A stretch of 64,000 nucleotides of DNA from contig CAVHKW010000086.1 of assembly GCA_963636745.1 (NCBI GenBank), positions 10,931 to 74,930 of the forward strand, read 5' to 3'. Below, in pieces: positions 55,214-64,000 of this stretch. The position numbers and the translations under genes are program-made. Each line of letters opens with the position of its first letter. Positions within the stretch are counted from its first letter, which is position 1. Under the pieces are notes generated by a model. The model was not told the DNA's origin. It did no database searches and worked only from the letters and a program-made list of their open reading frames with translations. Origin of the DNA: an uncultured Oscillospiraceae bacterium. Its GTDB lineage: Bacteria > Spirochaetota > Spirochaetia > Sphaerochaetales > Sphaerochaetaceae.

Positions 55214-56430
55214 AGCATCCCCTTCTCTCTCAAAGCTTCAACCTTTGTCGGAAGTCCCCAGGCATTGATGAAGCCCTCGGCTCCCTTCTGGTCGTAGTCG
55301 CTCTCTCCGAATGTCACAAGATTCTCCGAATAGAGGGAATACTTACTCTTCATTCCGGCAGGTATCATATTGCCTTTGTAGAGTTTGATACGTACTTCAC
55401 CCGTTACATACTTGTTCGATTCATTTGCAAATGCCACAAGAGACTCGGTCAGGGTTGAATACCACTTGCCGTTGTAGATCTGGTCAGCCATTACGACTGC
55501 GAGTTTCTCCTTCTCGTGAAGAGTATCTTTATCGAGTGTAATCATCTCGAGCATCTCGTGTGCAAAGTAGAGGATTGTGCCGCCGGGTGTCTCGTATACG
55601 CCGCGGTCCTTCATGCCGACAAGTCTGTTCTCGACTATGTCGATGATGCCGATTCCGTTCTTACCGCCCTTCTTGTTCAAAACATCGATTATTGCGCTTG
55701 CCTTCATCTTGACGCCGTCAACGCTTACCGGTGCACCCTTTTCAAAGCCGATTGTCACATATTCGGGAGTATCGGGAGCCTGGAAGGGGGAAACACCCAT
55801 CTCCAGGAAGCCCGGCTTGTCGTAATCGGGTTCGTTCTCAGGATTCTCGAGATCAAGACCTTCGTGGCTGAGATGCCAGAGGTTCTTGTCCTTTGAATAG
55901 TTTGTCTCTCTGCTTATCTTCAAGGGGATATGATGAGCTTCAGCATAGTCGATCTCCTCGTCCCTTGATTTGATCTTCCATTCTCTCCACGGCGCGATTA
56001 TCTTCATATCGGGAGCAAAGCGCTTTATTGCAAGCTCGAACCTCACCTGGTCGTTGCCCTTTCCAGTTGCACCGTGGCAGATTGCATCAGCACCTTCCGC
56101 GAGCGCTATCTCGGCAAGTTTCTTTCCGATGACGGGGCGTGCGAAAGCAGTACCGAGAAGATATGTCTCGTATTTTGCATCCATCTTCAATGCCGGTATT
56201 ATGATATCGTCAACCATCTCGTCAACGAGATCGGCAACGATAAGTTTGCTCGCGCCTGTCTTGAGAGCCTTCTCCTCGAGTCCCTCGAGTTCATCAGCCT
56301 GCCCGACATTTCCCGCGACTGCGATGATTTCTGCGTTGTTATAGTTTTCCTTGAGCCAGGGAATGATTATTGATGTGTCCAGTCCACCCGAGTAAGCGAG
56401 AACAATCTTCTTGATATCTTTCTTTTCCAT
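55210..56430 (-). CDS. argG: Argininosuccinate synthase
   Basis: 406 aa. [23 protein letters not shown]. Confidence 0.92.
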   Translation of the reverse strand: MEKKDIKKIVLAYSGGLDTSIIIPWLKENYNNAEIIAVAGNVGQADELEGLEEKALKTGASKLIVADLVDEMVDDIIIPALKMDAKYETYLLGTAFARPVIGKKLAEIALAEGADAICHGATGKGNDQVRFELAIKRFAPDMKIIAPWREWKIKSRDEEIDYAEAHHIPLKISRETNYSKDKNLWHLSHEGLDLENPENEPDYDKPGFLEMGVSPFQAPDTPEYVTIGFEKGAPVSVDGVKMKASAIIDVLNKKGGKNGIGIIDIVENRLVGMKDRGVYETPGGTILYFAHEMLEMITLDKDTLHEKEKLAVVMADQIYNGKWYSTLTESLVAFANESNKYVTGEVRIKLYKGNMIPAGMKSKYSLYSENLVTFGESDYDQKGAEGFINAWGLPTKVEALREKGML

Positions 56431-56444
56431 ATTATGAATACCTC

Positions 56445-56520
56445 TTTGAATAATTTTGCAATAATTATTAATAAATATGCACTATTGTCAACTATATATC
56501 GAAAAATATTGCATATTTAT
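56445..56520 (-). promoter_or_regulatory. argG promoter (TTGACA 56486-91 on the minus strand, AT-rich -10 near 56463-69) overlapped by candidate ARG boxes
   Basis: TGAATAATTTTGCA (56447-60) and TTAATAAATATGCA (56468-81) are 21 bp apart. A weaker third site lies around TTGCA 56509-13. For comparison, the Bacillus-type ARG box is TGAATAAAAATGCA. Confidence 0.45.
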
Positions 56521-56584
56521 TTAACTATACTGGATAATTATTCGTAAGATATTGATAATTATGTTATTATTGAAACATAACAAT

Positions 56585-56605
56585 GCCCCTCCGGAAAGAA
56601 GGGGC
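56585..56605 (-). terminator. Terminator hairpin after alaS
   Basis: GCCCCT-N9-AGGGGC, followed on the minus strand by a moderately U-rich tract. Confidence 0.5.
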
Positions 56606-56623
56606 TTATTGAATACTCTTCTC

Positions 56624-58417
56624 TTATTTCTCGAGAACAGCCTTGATTCTTCTGACTCCTGCAGATGATGACTGCTCCTTGACAATCTTGAAGTGTCCGA
56701 GCTGACCCGTTCTCTCGACATGCGGGCCGCCGCATACCTCAATGGAGAAATCGCCTATGGAGTAGACCTTAACAAGCTCGCCGTACTTGGCATCAAACTG
56801 CGCGGCAGCACCCATCTTTCTCGCTTCGTCAAGCGTCATCGTCTCGCACTTGACGGGTAGATCAAGTTCGATCTCCTTGTTTACAAGATCCTCGACAGCC
56901 TTCAGCTCTTCCTTCGTCAAAGCCTGGGGATGGTTGAAGTCGAATCTGAGTCTCTCCGCCGTGATGTTTGATCCCAGCTGTTTGACATACCCGCCGAGAA
57001 CGACACAGAGAGCCTTATGAAGGAGGTGTGTTGCCGTATGGAGTGCGGTTGTAGCCTCGCTGTGGTCGGCAAGTCCCCCTTTGAACTTATCCTCAGCTCC
57101 TGCACGCGATATTGCCTGGTGCTTCTCGAATGCCTCCTTGAAGCCTTCCCGGTCGACAGTAAAGCCGTGTTCGCGGGCAAGCTCTTCAGTCAGTTCAATC
57201 GGGAAGCCGTATGTATCGTAAAGCTTGAATGCGATACGCCCCCCGATAACCCTGCTGTTGCCCTTCATGAGGTTCGGAAGGATCTTTTCAAATTCCTTCT
57301 CGCCGTTAGTGAGGGTCTTCATGAACTTCTCTTCTTCCGTATGGAGTTCGGAGAGTATGAAATCCTTATGTTCTATGAGCTCCGGGTAGGGTTCTCCGTA
57401 GAGATCGAGTACGACAAGAGCAAGCTGGGAGAGGAAGTGGTTTTCAATACCGAGCTTCTTACCGTGTCTTACTGCCCTTCTTATGAGACGGCGGAGGATA
57501 TAACCCTGGCCGACATTTCCCGGTGCCATACCCTTCTGGTCGCCGAGGATGAAGACTGATGTTCTCACGTGGTCGGAGATGATTCTTATCGATGTATCAT
57601 CCTCTTCATTGTCGCCGTACTTCTTTCCGCAGAGTCCCTCTATAGCTCTTATAATCGGCTGGAAGACCTCTGTATCGTAGACGCTCTTCTTACCCTGAAG
57701 AATGGCAATGGTTCTCTCGATTCCCATACCCGTATCGATACACTTTCTCTCCATCTCGTGGAATGTGCCGTCCTTCTCCTTGCGGTACTGCATGAAGACA
57801 TCGTTCCAGATCTCGAAATACTTTCCGCAGTGGCAGCCCGGCTTGCAGTCGGGAGAACAGGGCTCACGTCCCGTGTCGATGAACATCTCGCTGTCGGGTC
57901 CGCAGGGGCCCGTCTCACCAGCAGGTCCCCACCAGTTGTCCTCTCTCGGCATGAAGTAGATTCTCTCCTTGGGAATACCGAGGCTCTCCCACTTGGACGC
58001 AGCCTCATCATCCCTGGGGACACTCTCGTCTCCCTTGAAGACAGTTACGGAGAGCTTTTCAACGGGAATACCGAGAACCTTTGTCATGAACTCGAATGAG
58101 TAGCCTATCATCTCGCTCTTTGAGTATGCTCCGAGAGACCAGTTACCGAGCATTTCGAAGAATGTCAGGTGGTTTGGGTCTCCTACACTCTCTATATCGC
58201 CGGTGCGGATACACTTCTGATAGTCACAGAGTTTGTTTCCCGCAGGGTGTTCTTCTCCCAGAAGATACGGTACAAGCGGATGCATACCCGCCGTCGTGAA
58301 GAGGACAGTCGGGTCGTTCTCGGGAATGAGAGAAGCACCTGAAATCTGTTTATGTCCTTTTGAAACAAAAAAATCGATATACTTTTTTCTTAGCTCGTTT
58401 GCTGTTATTGGTTTCAT
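56624..58417 (-). CDS. alaS: Alanine--tRNA ligase, short form without the C-Ala/DHHA1 domain
   Basis: Start at ATG 58417 (MKPITANELRKKYIDFF). TTAGMHPLVPY and the editing-domain HTATHLLHKAL...GGPHV motifs are present. About 597 aa. Confidence 0.9.
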   Translation of the reverse strand: MKPITANELRKKYIDFFVSKGHKQISGASLIPENDPTVLFTTAGMHPLVPYLLGEEHPAGNKLCDYQKCIRTGDIESVGDPNHLTFFEMLGNWSLGAYSKSEMIGYSFEFMTKVLGIPVEKLSVTVFKGDESVPRDDEAASKWESLGIPKERIYFMPREDNWWGPAGETGPCGPDSEMFIDTGREPCSPDCKPGCHCGKYFEIWNDVFMQYRKEKDGTFHEMERKCIDTGMGIERTIAILQGKKSVYDTEVFQPIIRAIEGLCGKKYGDNEEDDTSIRIISDHVRTSVFILGDQKGMAPGNVGQGYILRRLIRRAVRHGKKLGIENHFLSQLALVVLDLYGEPYPELIEHKDFILSELHTEEEKFMKTLTNGEKEFEKILPNLMKGNSRVIGGRIAFKLYDTYGFPIELTEELAREHGFTVDREGFKEAFEKHQAISRAGAEDKFKGGLADHSEATTALHTATHLLHKALCVVLGGYVKQLGSNITAERLRFDFNHPQALTKEELKAVEDLVNKEIELDLPVKCETMTLDEARKMGAAAQFDAKYGELVKVYSIGDFSIEVCGGPHVERTGQLGHFKIVKEQSSSAGVRRIKAVLEK

Positions 58418-58470
58418 ATTTTTTTCCTTAAAACAAATTAGAAAGATGTTATTCTCACGCCCTTTTCTCG

Positions 58471-59346
58471 TCAAGGGTTAACGCTCTTCTTCCGCCTTGT
58501 CGAGGATGATACAAAAAGGAGGTTTATATCTCTCGGCTTCTTTATCTCGAGAGCCCCGTTTCTGTACCTCTCATAAGCAAATGAGAATGTGGGATTTGCA
58601 ATGCACTTCGAGCTTATGCCGCATTTCTTCCCGCTCTTCAAAGCCTGGTCGAAGACTGCCCAGCCCGGTCCCCCGTCCTTTTCTTCCGCAAGGAAGAAGG
58701 CATCTCCGAATGAAGAGAGAAACCTGTTACGGAGCACCACGTGCCACTTCTCCCTCTTTGTGGACGGCGGGAACTGGGAAAGAAGAAGGCCGTTCTTATA
58801 AACACCCTCCATGAGCTTCAATAGGTTCTCGTTCGGGCAGAGAGAGAGTTCGTTCGAGAGAACTGCACATACCTTCCCCCCTTCCTTGAGTGCAACCGAG
58901 AGAGCGTACGGCCCGAGTCCCGAGTCGAATGGAGCGGTGACAGTGTATCCTTTCTTCACAGCCTCAAATACGGCCTCCGCCGTATCTTTCCGTCCCTGAA
59001 GAGAGGGCATCACCGAGCCGAGAAAGACAAGCTTTCTTCCCTCAATTATCTCTTCGTTTCCGGCAAGGTAGAGAAAGTGGACATCAGAGGAATCTGACGA
59101 ATATGGAATAACCGAAAATGGAATTCTTGTTCTCTCAAAAGCTGATCTGACATCTCTCAATATTTCATTGAAGCGCTCCTCGTCTCCATCCGAGTGAGCG
59201 ACACATTTTGCGTAGGATGCGAAAGGAAGCGAGTAATCGGCATCAATGCTCTCGAGCAGAGACCAAGCTGTCTTGTCATCACCGGAATAAAAACGCGATA
59301 GTGCACTAAAGGCTTTCGCCTTCTCGAGTAGTAAGCTATCTGCCAC
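58471..59346 (-). CDS. DprA-like (DNA processing protein A / Rossmann-fold) protein, divergent
   Basis: 291 aa. LSQFPPSTKREKWHVVLRNRFLSSFGDAFFLAEEKDGGPGW parallels the DprA pattern ...SE.PpG..P....FP.RNRIIsgLs....vvEA...SG. Confidence 0.5.
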   Translation of the reverse strand: MADSLLLEKAKAFSALSRFYSGDDKTAWSLLESIDADYSLPFASYAKCVAHSDGDEERFNEILRDVRSAFERTRIPFSVIPYSSDSSDVHFLYLAGNEEIIEGRKLVFLGSVMPSLQGRKDTAEAVFEAVKKGYTVTAPFDSGLGPYALSVALKEGGKVCAVLSNELSLCPNENLLKLMEGVYKNGLLLSQFPPSTKREKWHVVLRNRFLSSFGDAFFLAEEKDGGPGWAVFDQALKSGKKCGISSKCIANPTFSFAYERYRNGALEIKKPRDINLLFVSSSTRRKKSVNP

Positions 59347-60223
59347 TTCTGGCCTCCAGAAGCATATAGAGGAAATCGGAATAAGGAGTCTTCACGCCGC
59401 ACCGGCGTCCCTTCTTCGAGAGCGTTCCGGCAAAGTATGCGTTCTCTGTCCTCCGTCCCCCCATAATATCGTCAAGTGTGCTGCTGACGCCCCTCGGGGG
59501 AAGAGAGAGGTTTGTCCTGATCATCCTCTCGATATCGTCCTGGGTTATTACTATCCCCTCTTCTTTTGCAACAAGCACGACTTCCCTTGCAACAAGGCGT
59601 ATGCAGCGTATGAGATTATCGCTTCTCATGAAGGTACCGTAGTCGTATTCCATCAAAGCCGTGAGAGTATTGAAGCATGTGTTATTCATGAACTTGACCC
59701 ACTGGTCTCTTCTTATATTCCCCGACACCTCATACTTCTGCTCTGTCTTATCGAAATAGGAGGTAAGAAATTCAACTCTTTTGCTTATCTCTCCGCTGTC
59801 CTCTCCGAATGTGATGACGCCTTGAGAGAATGATGTAACCTCCGCCCCCTCCCTGTGGGTACTCAAGTGCGATATGTATGCCCTCATCACGCTCTTTTGG
59901 CCATAGCATTTTCCGATTATCTCCTCGCTCTCAAGCCCGTTCTGGAGCGGAAGAATCACAGTCTTCTCTCCGACAAAGCCGCTCATAAGAGGAAGAGTAC
60001 TCTCGAGGTCGAAGTTTTTTACGGTGTTGATGATCAAGTCGGCTTTGAACGAAGACGATGGAGGTATAGTCTCCACATCAAGCTCTCTGCCGTTGAATAT
60101 TAAGGGAGACGCTTTCTTATATCTTTCGTCATCCATAAGAGAATAGACGTTTCCCGCTTTATATATATTATTAAGTACCGTCGCACCGACGCAGCCTCTT
60201 CCTATTACAATTACCTTTTCCAT
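59336..60223 (-). CDS. 2-dehydropantoate 2-reductase family (PanE/ApbA-like)
   Basis: 295 aa. N-terminal VIGRGCVG, LQNG, and SSTLDDIMGGRRTE. Confidence 0.7.
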   Translation of the reverse strand: MEKVIVIGRGCVGATVLNNIYKAGNVYSLMDDERYKKASPLIFNGRELDVETIPPSSSFKADLIINTVKNFDLESTLPLMSGFVGEKTVILPLQNGLESEEIIGKCYGQKSVMRAYISHLSTHREGAEVTSFSQGVITFGEDSGEISKRVEFLTSYFDKTEQKYEVSGNIRRDQWVKFMNNTCFNTLTALMEYDYGTFMRSDNLIRCIRLVAREVVLVAKEEGIVITQDDIERMIRTNLSLPPRGVSSTLDDIMGGRRTENAYFAGTLSKKGRRCGVKTPYSDFLYMLLEARSGR

Positions 60224-60305
60224 TAATGAAATTCTAATTAATGACTCTTATTTTTTTCAATAGATTATCAAAGTCGATTAAACTATCATAAAGAAGGAGC
60301 ATTTT

Positions 60306-61475
60306 ATGATAAGCACTTATTATACACCTACACGTATTACTTTCGGTCCCGGTGCCGAAGACAGAGTTGCAGAAGAAATAGAGAGAGAAGGAAAGAAAAA
60401 GGTTCTCATACATTACGGCTCAAGCCGCATCGAGAAAAACGGCTTACTCGATAAGATAATAAATCTCCTCAAGGAGAAGAATATAGAGAGTGTTCTCGTC
60501 CCCGGCGTTGTACCCAACCCGAGACTCTCTCTTGTGAGAGAGACTATCGAAAAGGCGAAAGAAGAGAAGGTCGACTTCATCCTGGCTGTCGGAGGGGGCT
60601 CGGTAATCGATTCGTCGAAGGCCGTGGCTTACGGACTGGGGTACGATGGCGACGTATGGGACTTCTACTCGGGTAAAGCTAAGCCCGTTAGATCCTTTCC
60701 AGTGGGGGCCGTTCTTACTGTTTCTGCAGCAGGATCCGAGATGAGTGACAGTTCGGTAATCACAAACGACGAAGAAGGCGGCCTCAAGAGAGGATGCAAC
60801 AGCGACATCTGCCGCCTCAGGTTCGCGCTTCTCAATCCCGAGTTGACTTATACTCTTCCACGATACGAGACAGCATGCAGCATTGTCGACATAGCCATGC
60901 ATACACTCGAGCGCTACTTTACAAAAGAGCACACAGTGCCTTTGACGGAGGAACTTTCCCTTACATTGATTAAAAGCGTCAATGAATACGGTCTCGAGGC
61001 ACTCGAAAGCCCCTCGTCATATAAAGCGAGAGCAACTCTCATGTGGGCATCTAGTCTCTCTCATAACGGCCTAATGGCAGTCGGAAACTCTTCCCGCGGA
61101 GACTGGGCTTCCCACCAAATGGAGCATGAACTTTCGGGTAAATATGACATAGCTCACGGGGCGGGACTTGCAATAGTGTGGCCGGCATGGGCGAAATATG
61201 TTTATAAAGAATGTCCGGAGCGCTTCCAAAAACTTGGAGAAGCGGTCTTCGGCCTCGAAGAAAACGATGACCCGTTGAAGACAATAGAGGCATTTGAAAA
61301 CTTCTACAGAAGAATCGGAATGCCGCTCTCACTCAAAGAGGCATCGATTAATGCGGGAAGTGAAGACATAGAAGAACTTTCCGACAAATGTTCCTTCTAC
61401 TCGACAAGAACAATCGGCGATATAAAAAAACTCACACGTGACGATATCGAGAAGATATACAGGACGATAATCTAG
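60306..61475 (+). CDS. Iron-containing alcohol dehydrogenase (YqhD/butanol dehydrogenase-like)
   Basis: 389 aa. AVGGGSVIDSSKA and metal-binding His residues (HQMEHELSGKYDIAHGAGLA). Confidence 0.85.
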   Translation: MISTYYTPTRITFGPGAEDRVAEEIEREGKKKVLIHYGSSRIEKNGLLDKIINLLKEKNIESVLVPGVVPNPRLSLVRETIEKAKEEKVDFILAVGGGSVIDSSKAVAYGLGYDGDVWDFYSGKAKPVRSFPVGAVLTVSAAGSEMSDSSVITNDEEGGLKRGCNSDICRLRFALLNPELTYTLPRYETACSIVDIAMHTLERYFTKEHTVPLTEELSLTLIKSVNEYGLEALESPSSYKARATLMWASSLSHNGLMAVGNSSRGDWASHQMEHELSGKYDIAHGAGLAIVWPAWAKYVYKECPERFQKLGEAVFGLEENDDPLKTIEAFENFYRRIGMPLSLKEASINAGSEDIEELSDKCSFYSTRTIGDIKKLTRDDIEKIYRTII

Positions 61476-62380
61476 TGGACAGTGTACTTACAATAGGGCT
61501 CTCTCCCGCATTCGAGAGAGTTCTGGTCTTTTCCTCTCTGAAAGAGGGAGAGGTCAACAGAGCAAAGGAAAACTACCTCTATGCTTCGGGGAAGGCTCTC
61601 AATGTAACAAGAGTCCTCCACTCTTATAAGAGACCTGCGGTCAACATAACACATCTCTCTCTTAGTCGTAAGGATGAGTTTCTCGCCCTTGCTGAAAAGG
61701 AAGGATTACCCGTCAGATATGTCCCCTCCCAATACCCGACACGTATCTGCACAACACTTATAAACAGGGAGAAAGGAACCTCGACGGAGCTTGTCGAAGA
61801 GGCGGGATATGTCGGAGATGGAGTCTCGGAGAGCTTTTACAGCCTCTTTGAAGAAGAAATCAAAAACCATAAGGCTGTGATAATCTCCGGCACAAGAGCA
61901 AAGGGATTTGACGACTCTCTTATTCCCCGCATAGTTGAAGAGTGCTCGAAGAGGAAGCTTCTCACCGTTCTCGATGTAAAGGGAGAAGATCTCATCAATT
62001 CCCTCGAGTACAGACCGACTCTCATCAAACCCAATCTTGTTGAGTTTGCATCGACGTTTCTGGGAGAAAACAATCTCAACGAAGGCGATGACAACATTCG
62101 CCTTATGGAAAAGGTAAAAGATAAGATGAAAGAGCTCTATGACTCATACAATACCATGTCCGTCATAAGCAGGGGAAAGTACCCCGTCCTCTCCTATGAC
62201 GGCGACTCTTTCTTCGAAACGGAGGTCCCGGATGTAAAAGCACAGAACACCATCGGATGCGGCGACACGCTTACGGCTGCGTTGACACATTTTCTCCTCT
62301 CGGGATGTTCACTTGAGACGGCTGTTGGTGAAGCTGTTAAAAGAGCATCGGAAAAAGCTGAAAAGGAGACCTTCCTATGA
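61475..62380 (+). CDS. PfkB-family sugar(-phosphate) kinase (1-phosphofructokinase/tagatose-6-P kinase-like)
   Basis: 301 aa with a GTG start. C-terminal GCGDTLTAAL motif. Confidence 0.7.
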   Translation: MDSVLTIGLSPAFERVLVFSSLKEGEVNRAKENYLYASGKALNVTRVLHSYKRPAVNITHLSLSRKDEFLALAEKEGLPVRYVPSQYPTRICTTLINREKGTSTELVEEAGYVGDGVSESFYSLFEEEIKNHKAVIISGTRAKGFDDSLIPRIVEECSKRKLLTVLDVKGEDLINSLEYRPTLIKPNLVEFASTFLGENNLNEGDDNIRLMEKVKDKMKELYDSYNTMSVISRGKYPVLSYDGDSFFETEVPDVKAQNTIGCGDTLTAALTHFLLSGCSLETAVGEAVKRASEKAEKETFL

Positions 62381-63003
62381 AAGAGATATTTCTCGTCCGT
62401 CACGCCAGACAGGATATAACAGCATTCAACCTGGATGTTCCGCTTTCGGAGAAAGGACACCTCCAGGCAGAGCTTCTCAAAGAGAGGCTCAAAGACGAAT
62501 CCTTCGACAAACTCTACTCAAGCACTCTCATAAGAGCTGTCGAAACAATTGATATAGTCAATGAAAACTGGAAGAAGCCTGTCGAGAGAAGAGCTGAATT
62601 CAATGAAATTGACTACGGCCGTCTCACATCAGAGCCTCTCAGTGTAAAAGAAACCTCTTACAAAGACTTCTTTACAAGACTGGAAAAGAGAAAGGAGGAC
62701 ATTCCCTTCCCGGGAGGCGAGAACAGCAGAATGGTATGGGAAAGAGCGAAAGTCGTTTTCTCAGAGATTGAAGAGAGCCCGTATAAGCGGATTCTCATCG
62801 TCACGCACGGTGGCACGATAAGATCCCTTCTATGCGGTCTGTTATCCCTGCCGTTTTCAAAACGCCTCGTTTTCTCTAAGCATCTCGAAAACACAAGTAT
62901 GACAAAGCTCTTATATGACGAGGAAAGAGGGCTCTATTATCTTGAGTGGCTCAATGACCACAGACATCTCCTGGGACACCCCGAGCTCTTCAGAGAGATG
63001 TAA
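62377..63003 (+). CDS. Histidine phosphatase family protein (phosphoglycerate mutase-like)
   Basis: 208 aa. N-terminal LVRHA (RHG-type) and VTHGGTIRSL. Confidence 0.8.
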   Translation: MKEIFLVRHARQDITAFNLDVPLSEKGHLQAELLKERLKDESFDKLYSSTLIRAVETIDIVNENWKKPVERRAEFNEIDYGRLTSEPLSVKETSYKDFFTRLEKRKEDIPFPGGENSRMVWERAKVVFSEIEESPYKRILIVTHGGTIRSLLCGLLSLPFSKRLVFSKHLENTSMTKLLYDEERGLYYLEWLNDHRHLLGHPELFREM

Positions 63004-63168
63004 AATACAATGGGATCTTATTTCCATCTCTCAAAAACTACAGAACACTCGGTCATATGCACATTCTTAAATCTATGTTTGTCTATATCTAGCTTTTTTA
63101 TTGTCATATTCCATAAACATAGCAACATATTTGTATACTTTTTGTAACATAAATAAGAAAATTAAGGC

Positions 63169-63546
63169 ATGAAAGAAAAAGATGACAAAGCATACGCCTT
63201 CTGGAAAAGAGTTGACGAACTACGAAAAGAAACGTTACAGGAGATTGCAGACGTTATAGGAATGAAGGAACAATCCCTTCGAGTCATGCGCTCGAGGCTA
63301 TCAATGCCAAGGGCCTTAGCTGTTAAGGCGTTAGCGGAACATCTTGGGACAACATCAAGCTATCTTTTGACCGGAGAAGAGGAGCCGGAGGAACGTGTTA
63401 TAAATAACGTAGTGCCGGAGGTTGAGTTTGTCCGGAACAACGAAAACGCTCGGATCTTAATAAGGGCGCTTATGCAATATCCGAAGCTCCTCGAAGAATT
63501 GTCGGCGGTTATTGCTGGCATTGAGGAAAGATTGAATACACAATAG
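63169..63546 (+). CDS. Small HTH-domain protein (XRE-like)
   Basis: 125 aa. LQEIADVIGMKEQSLRVMRSR...LAEHLGTTSSYLLTGEE. Confidence 0.5.
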   Translation: MKEKDDKAYAFWKRVDELRKETLQEIADVIGMKEQSLRVMRSRLSMPRALAVKALAEHLGTTSSYLLTGEEEPEERVINNVVPEVEFVRNNENARILIRALMQYPKLLEELSAVIAGIEERLNTQ

Positions 63547-63562
63547 ATCATAGGAGAATAAA

Positions 63563-64000
63563 ATGAAGAAAATTGTAATTATCGCGATCCTTTTTGTGGC
63601 TTTATTGCTCACATCCTGTACAAGCCTCTCGATGACTAAGGAGGAGATAGGTACATATCAAGAGGTTGTCGAGGTCGAAGGAGCAACGGCAGATGAGTTG
63701 TACGAAAAGGCTTATTCTTGGTTTGTATCGTCTTTTGTTGACGCCGACGCCGTGCTTGAGCAGAAGGACAAGGACGCTCATATTCTTAAGGGTAAATACG
63801 TCGAGAGTATAGATCGCAACTTGATGTGCGAACTCGAAACTGAAAGTGTTATAACGGTGGAACTGAAAGACGGTCGTGCAAGGTTTTCTATCTCGGCACC
63901 GATTAGACTTAGTGCGAAAGTCGGATATGATCGGATAGGGACAAAGCTTTCACAGAAAGAAGTTGAAAAATTCAACCTTGAAAGAACAAAGCTCTTTTCT
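63563..64000 (+). CDS. Lipoprotein, partial (continues beyond the window end)
   Basis: Not in the track because it has no stop. TAGGAG SD, then MKKIVIIAILFVALLLTSCTSLSMTKEEIGTYQEVVEVEGATADELYEKAYSWF... The frame is open to 64000. Confidence 0.6.
   Translation, partial: MKKIVIIAILFVALLLTSCTSLSMTKEEIGTYQEVVEVEGATADELYEKAYSWFVSSFVDADAVLEQKDKDAHILKGKYVESIDRNLMCELETESVITVELKDGRARFSISAPIRLSAKVGYDRIGTKLSQKEVEKFNLERTKLFS

Overview
Dense, mostly housekeeping chromosomal segment with about 60 protein genes, many translationally coupled or overlapping. There is one tRNA-Arg(CCT). I saw no rRNA, CRISPR array, transposase, integrase or phage genes. The gene content suggests a spirochaete, possibly Treponema-like, but this is a low-confidence inference. 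It rests on a eukaryote-type hexokinase, a short AlaRS lacking the C-terminal domain, an extended SHMT, MglB and a TopA with C-terminal GxxGxY repeats. Recognisable blocks, in order: mglB (partial); hypB, a Fe-S flavoprotein and hypA; pyrH-like; radical SAM; patatin; a lipoprotein, hexokinase and nucleosidase operon; the sbcB-prfA-prmC-rel chain; CBS-pyrophosphatase; a nicotinamidase-like gene and rpiB; uxaA-uxaB; a GGGtGRT/NifU-like pair; a glyA, amidohydrolase, HAD-cytidine deaminase, PLD and two-small-secreted-protein operon; infA; a Smr repeat protein; topA (split); rpsD; MFS plus GH2; ychF/hflX; rlmN; argG-argH-(amino acid ABC transporter)-argF; alaS; a dprA-like gene; and an ADH, PfkB kinase and phosphatase group. 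The most unusual locus is 16.28-17.37 kb. It is a tandem 532/551-bp duplication between rel and the pyrophosphatase gene. Each unit carries a near-identical module: a palindrome, a promoter-like element and a 48-aa very basic small ORF with a strong SD. The ORF is enclosed by a long-range inverted repeat whose mismatches are wobble-compatible only on the ORF strand. The rest of the unit, including a redundant 3' fragment of the pyrophosphatase gene, has decayed. The layout resembles type I toxin (hok-like) mRNAs, but that function is inference only. Lesser observations: a phased TACTACAA repeat array, hypB/hypA flanking a flavoprotein with no hydrogenase genes nearby, a frameshift-split topA, two unusual domain fusions, candidate ARG boxes, and a probably leaderless XRE regulator. 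All calls come from reading the sequence and ORF track; no searches were run.
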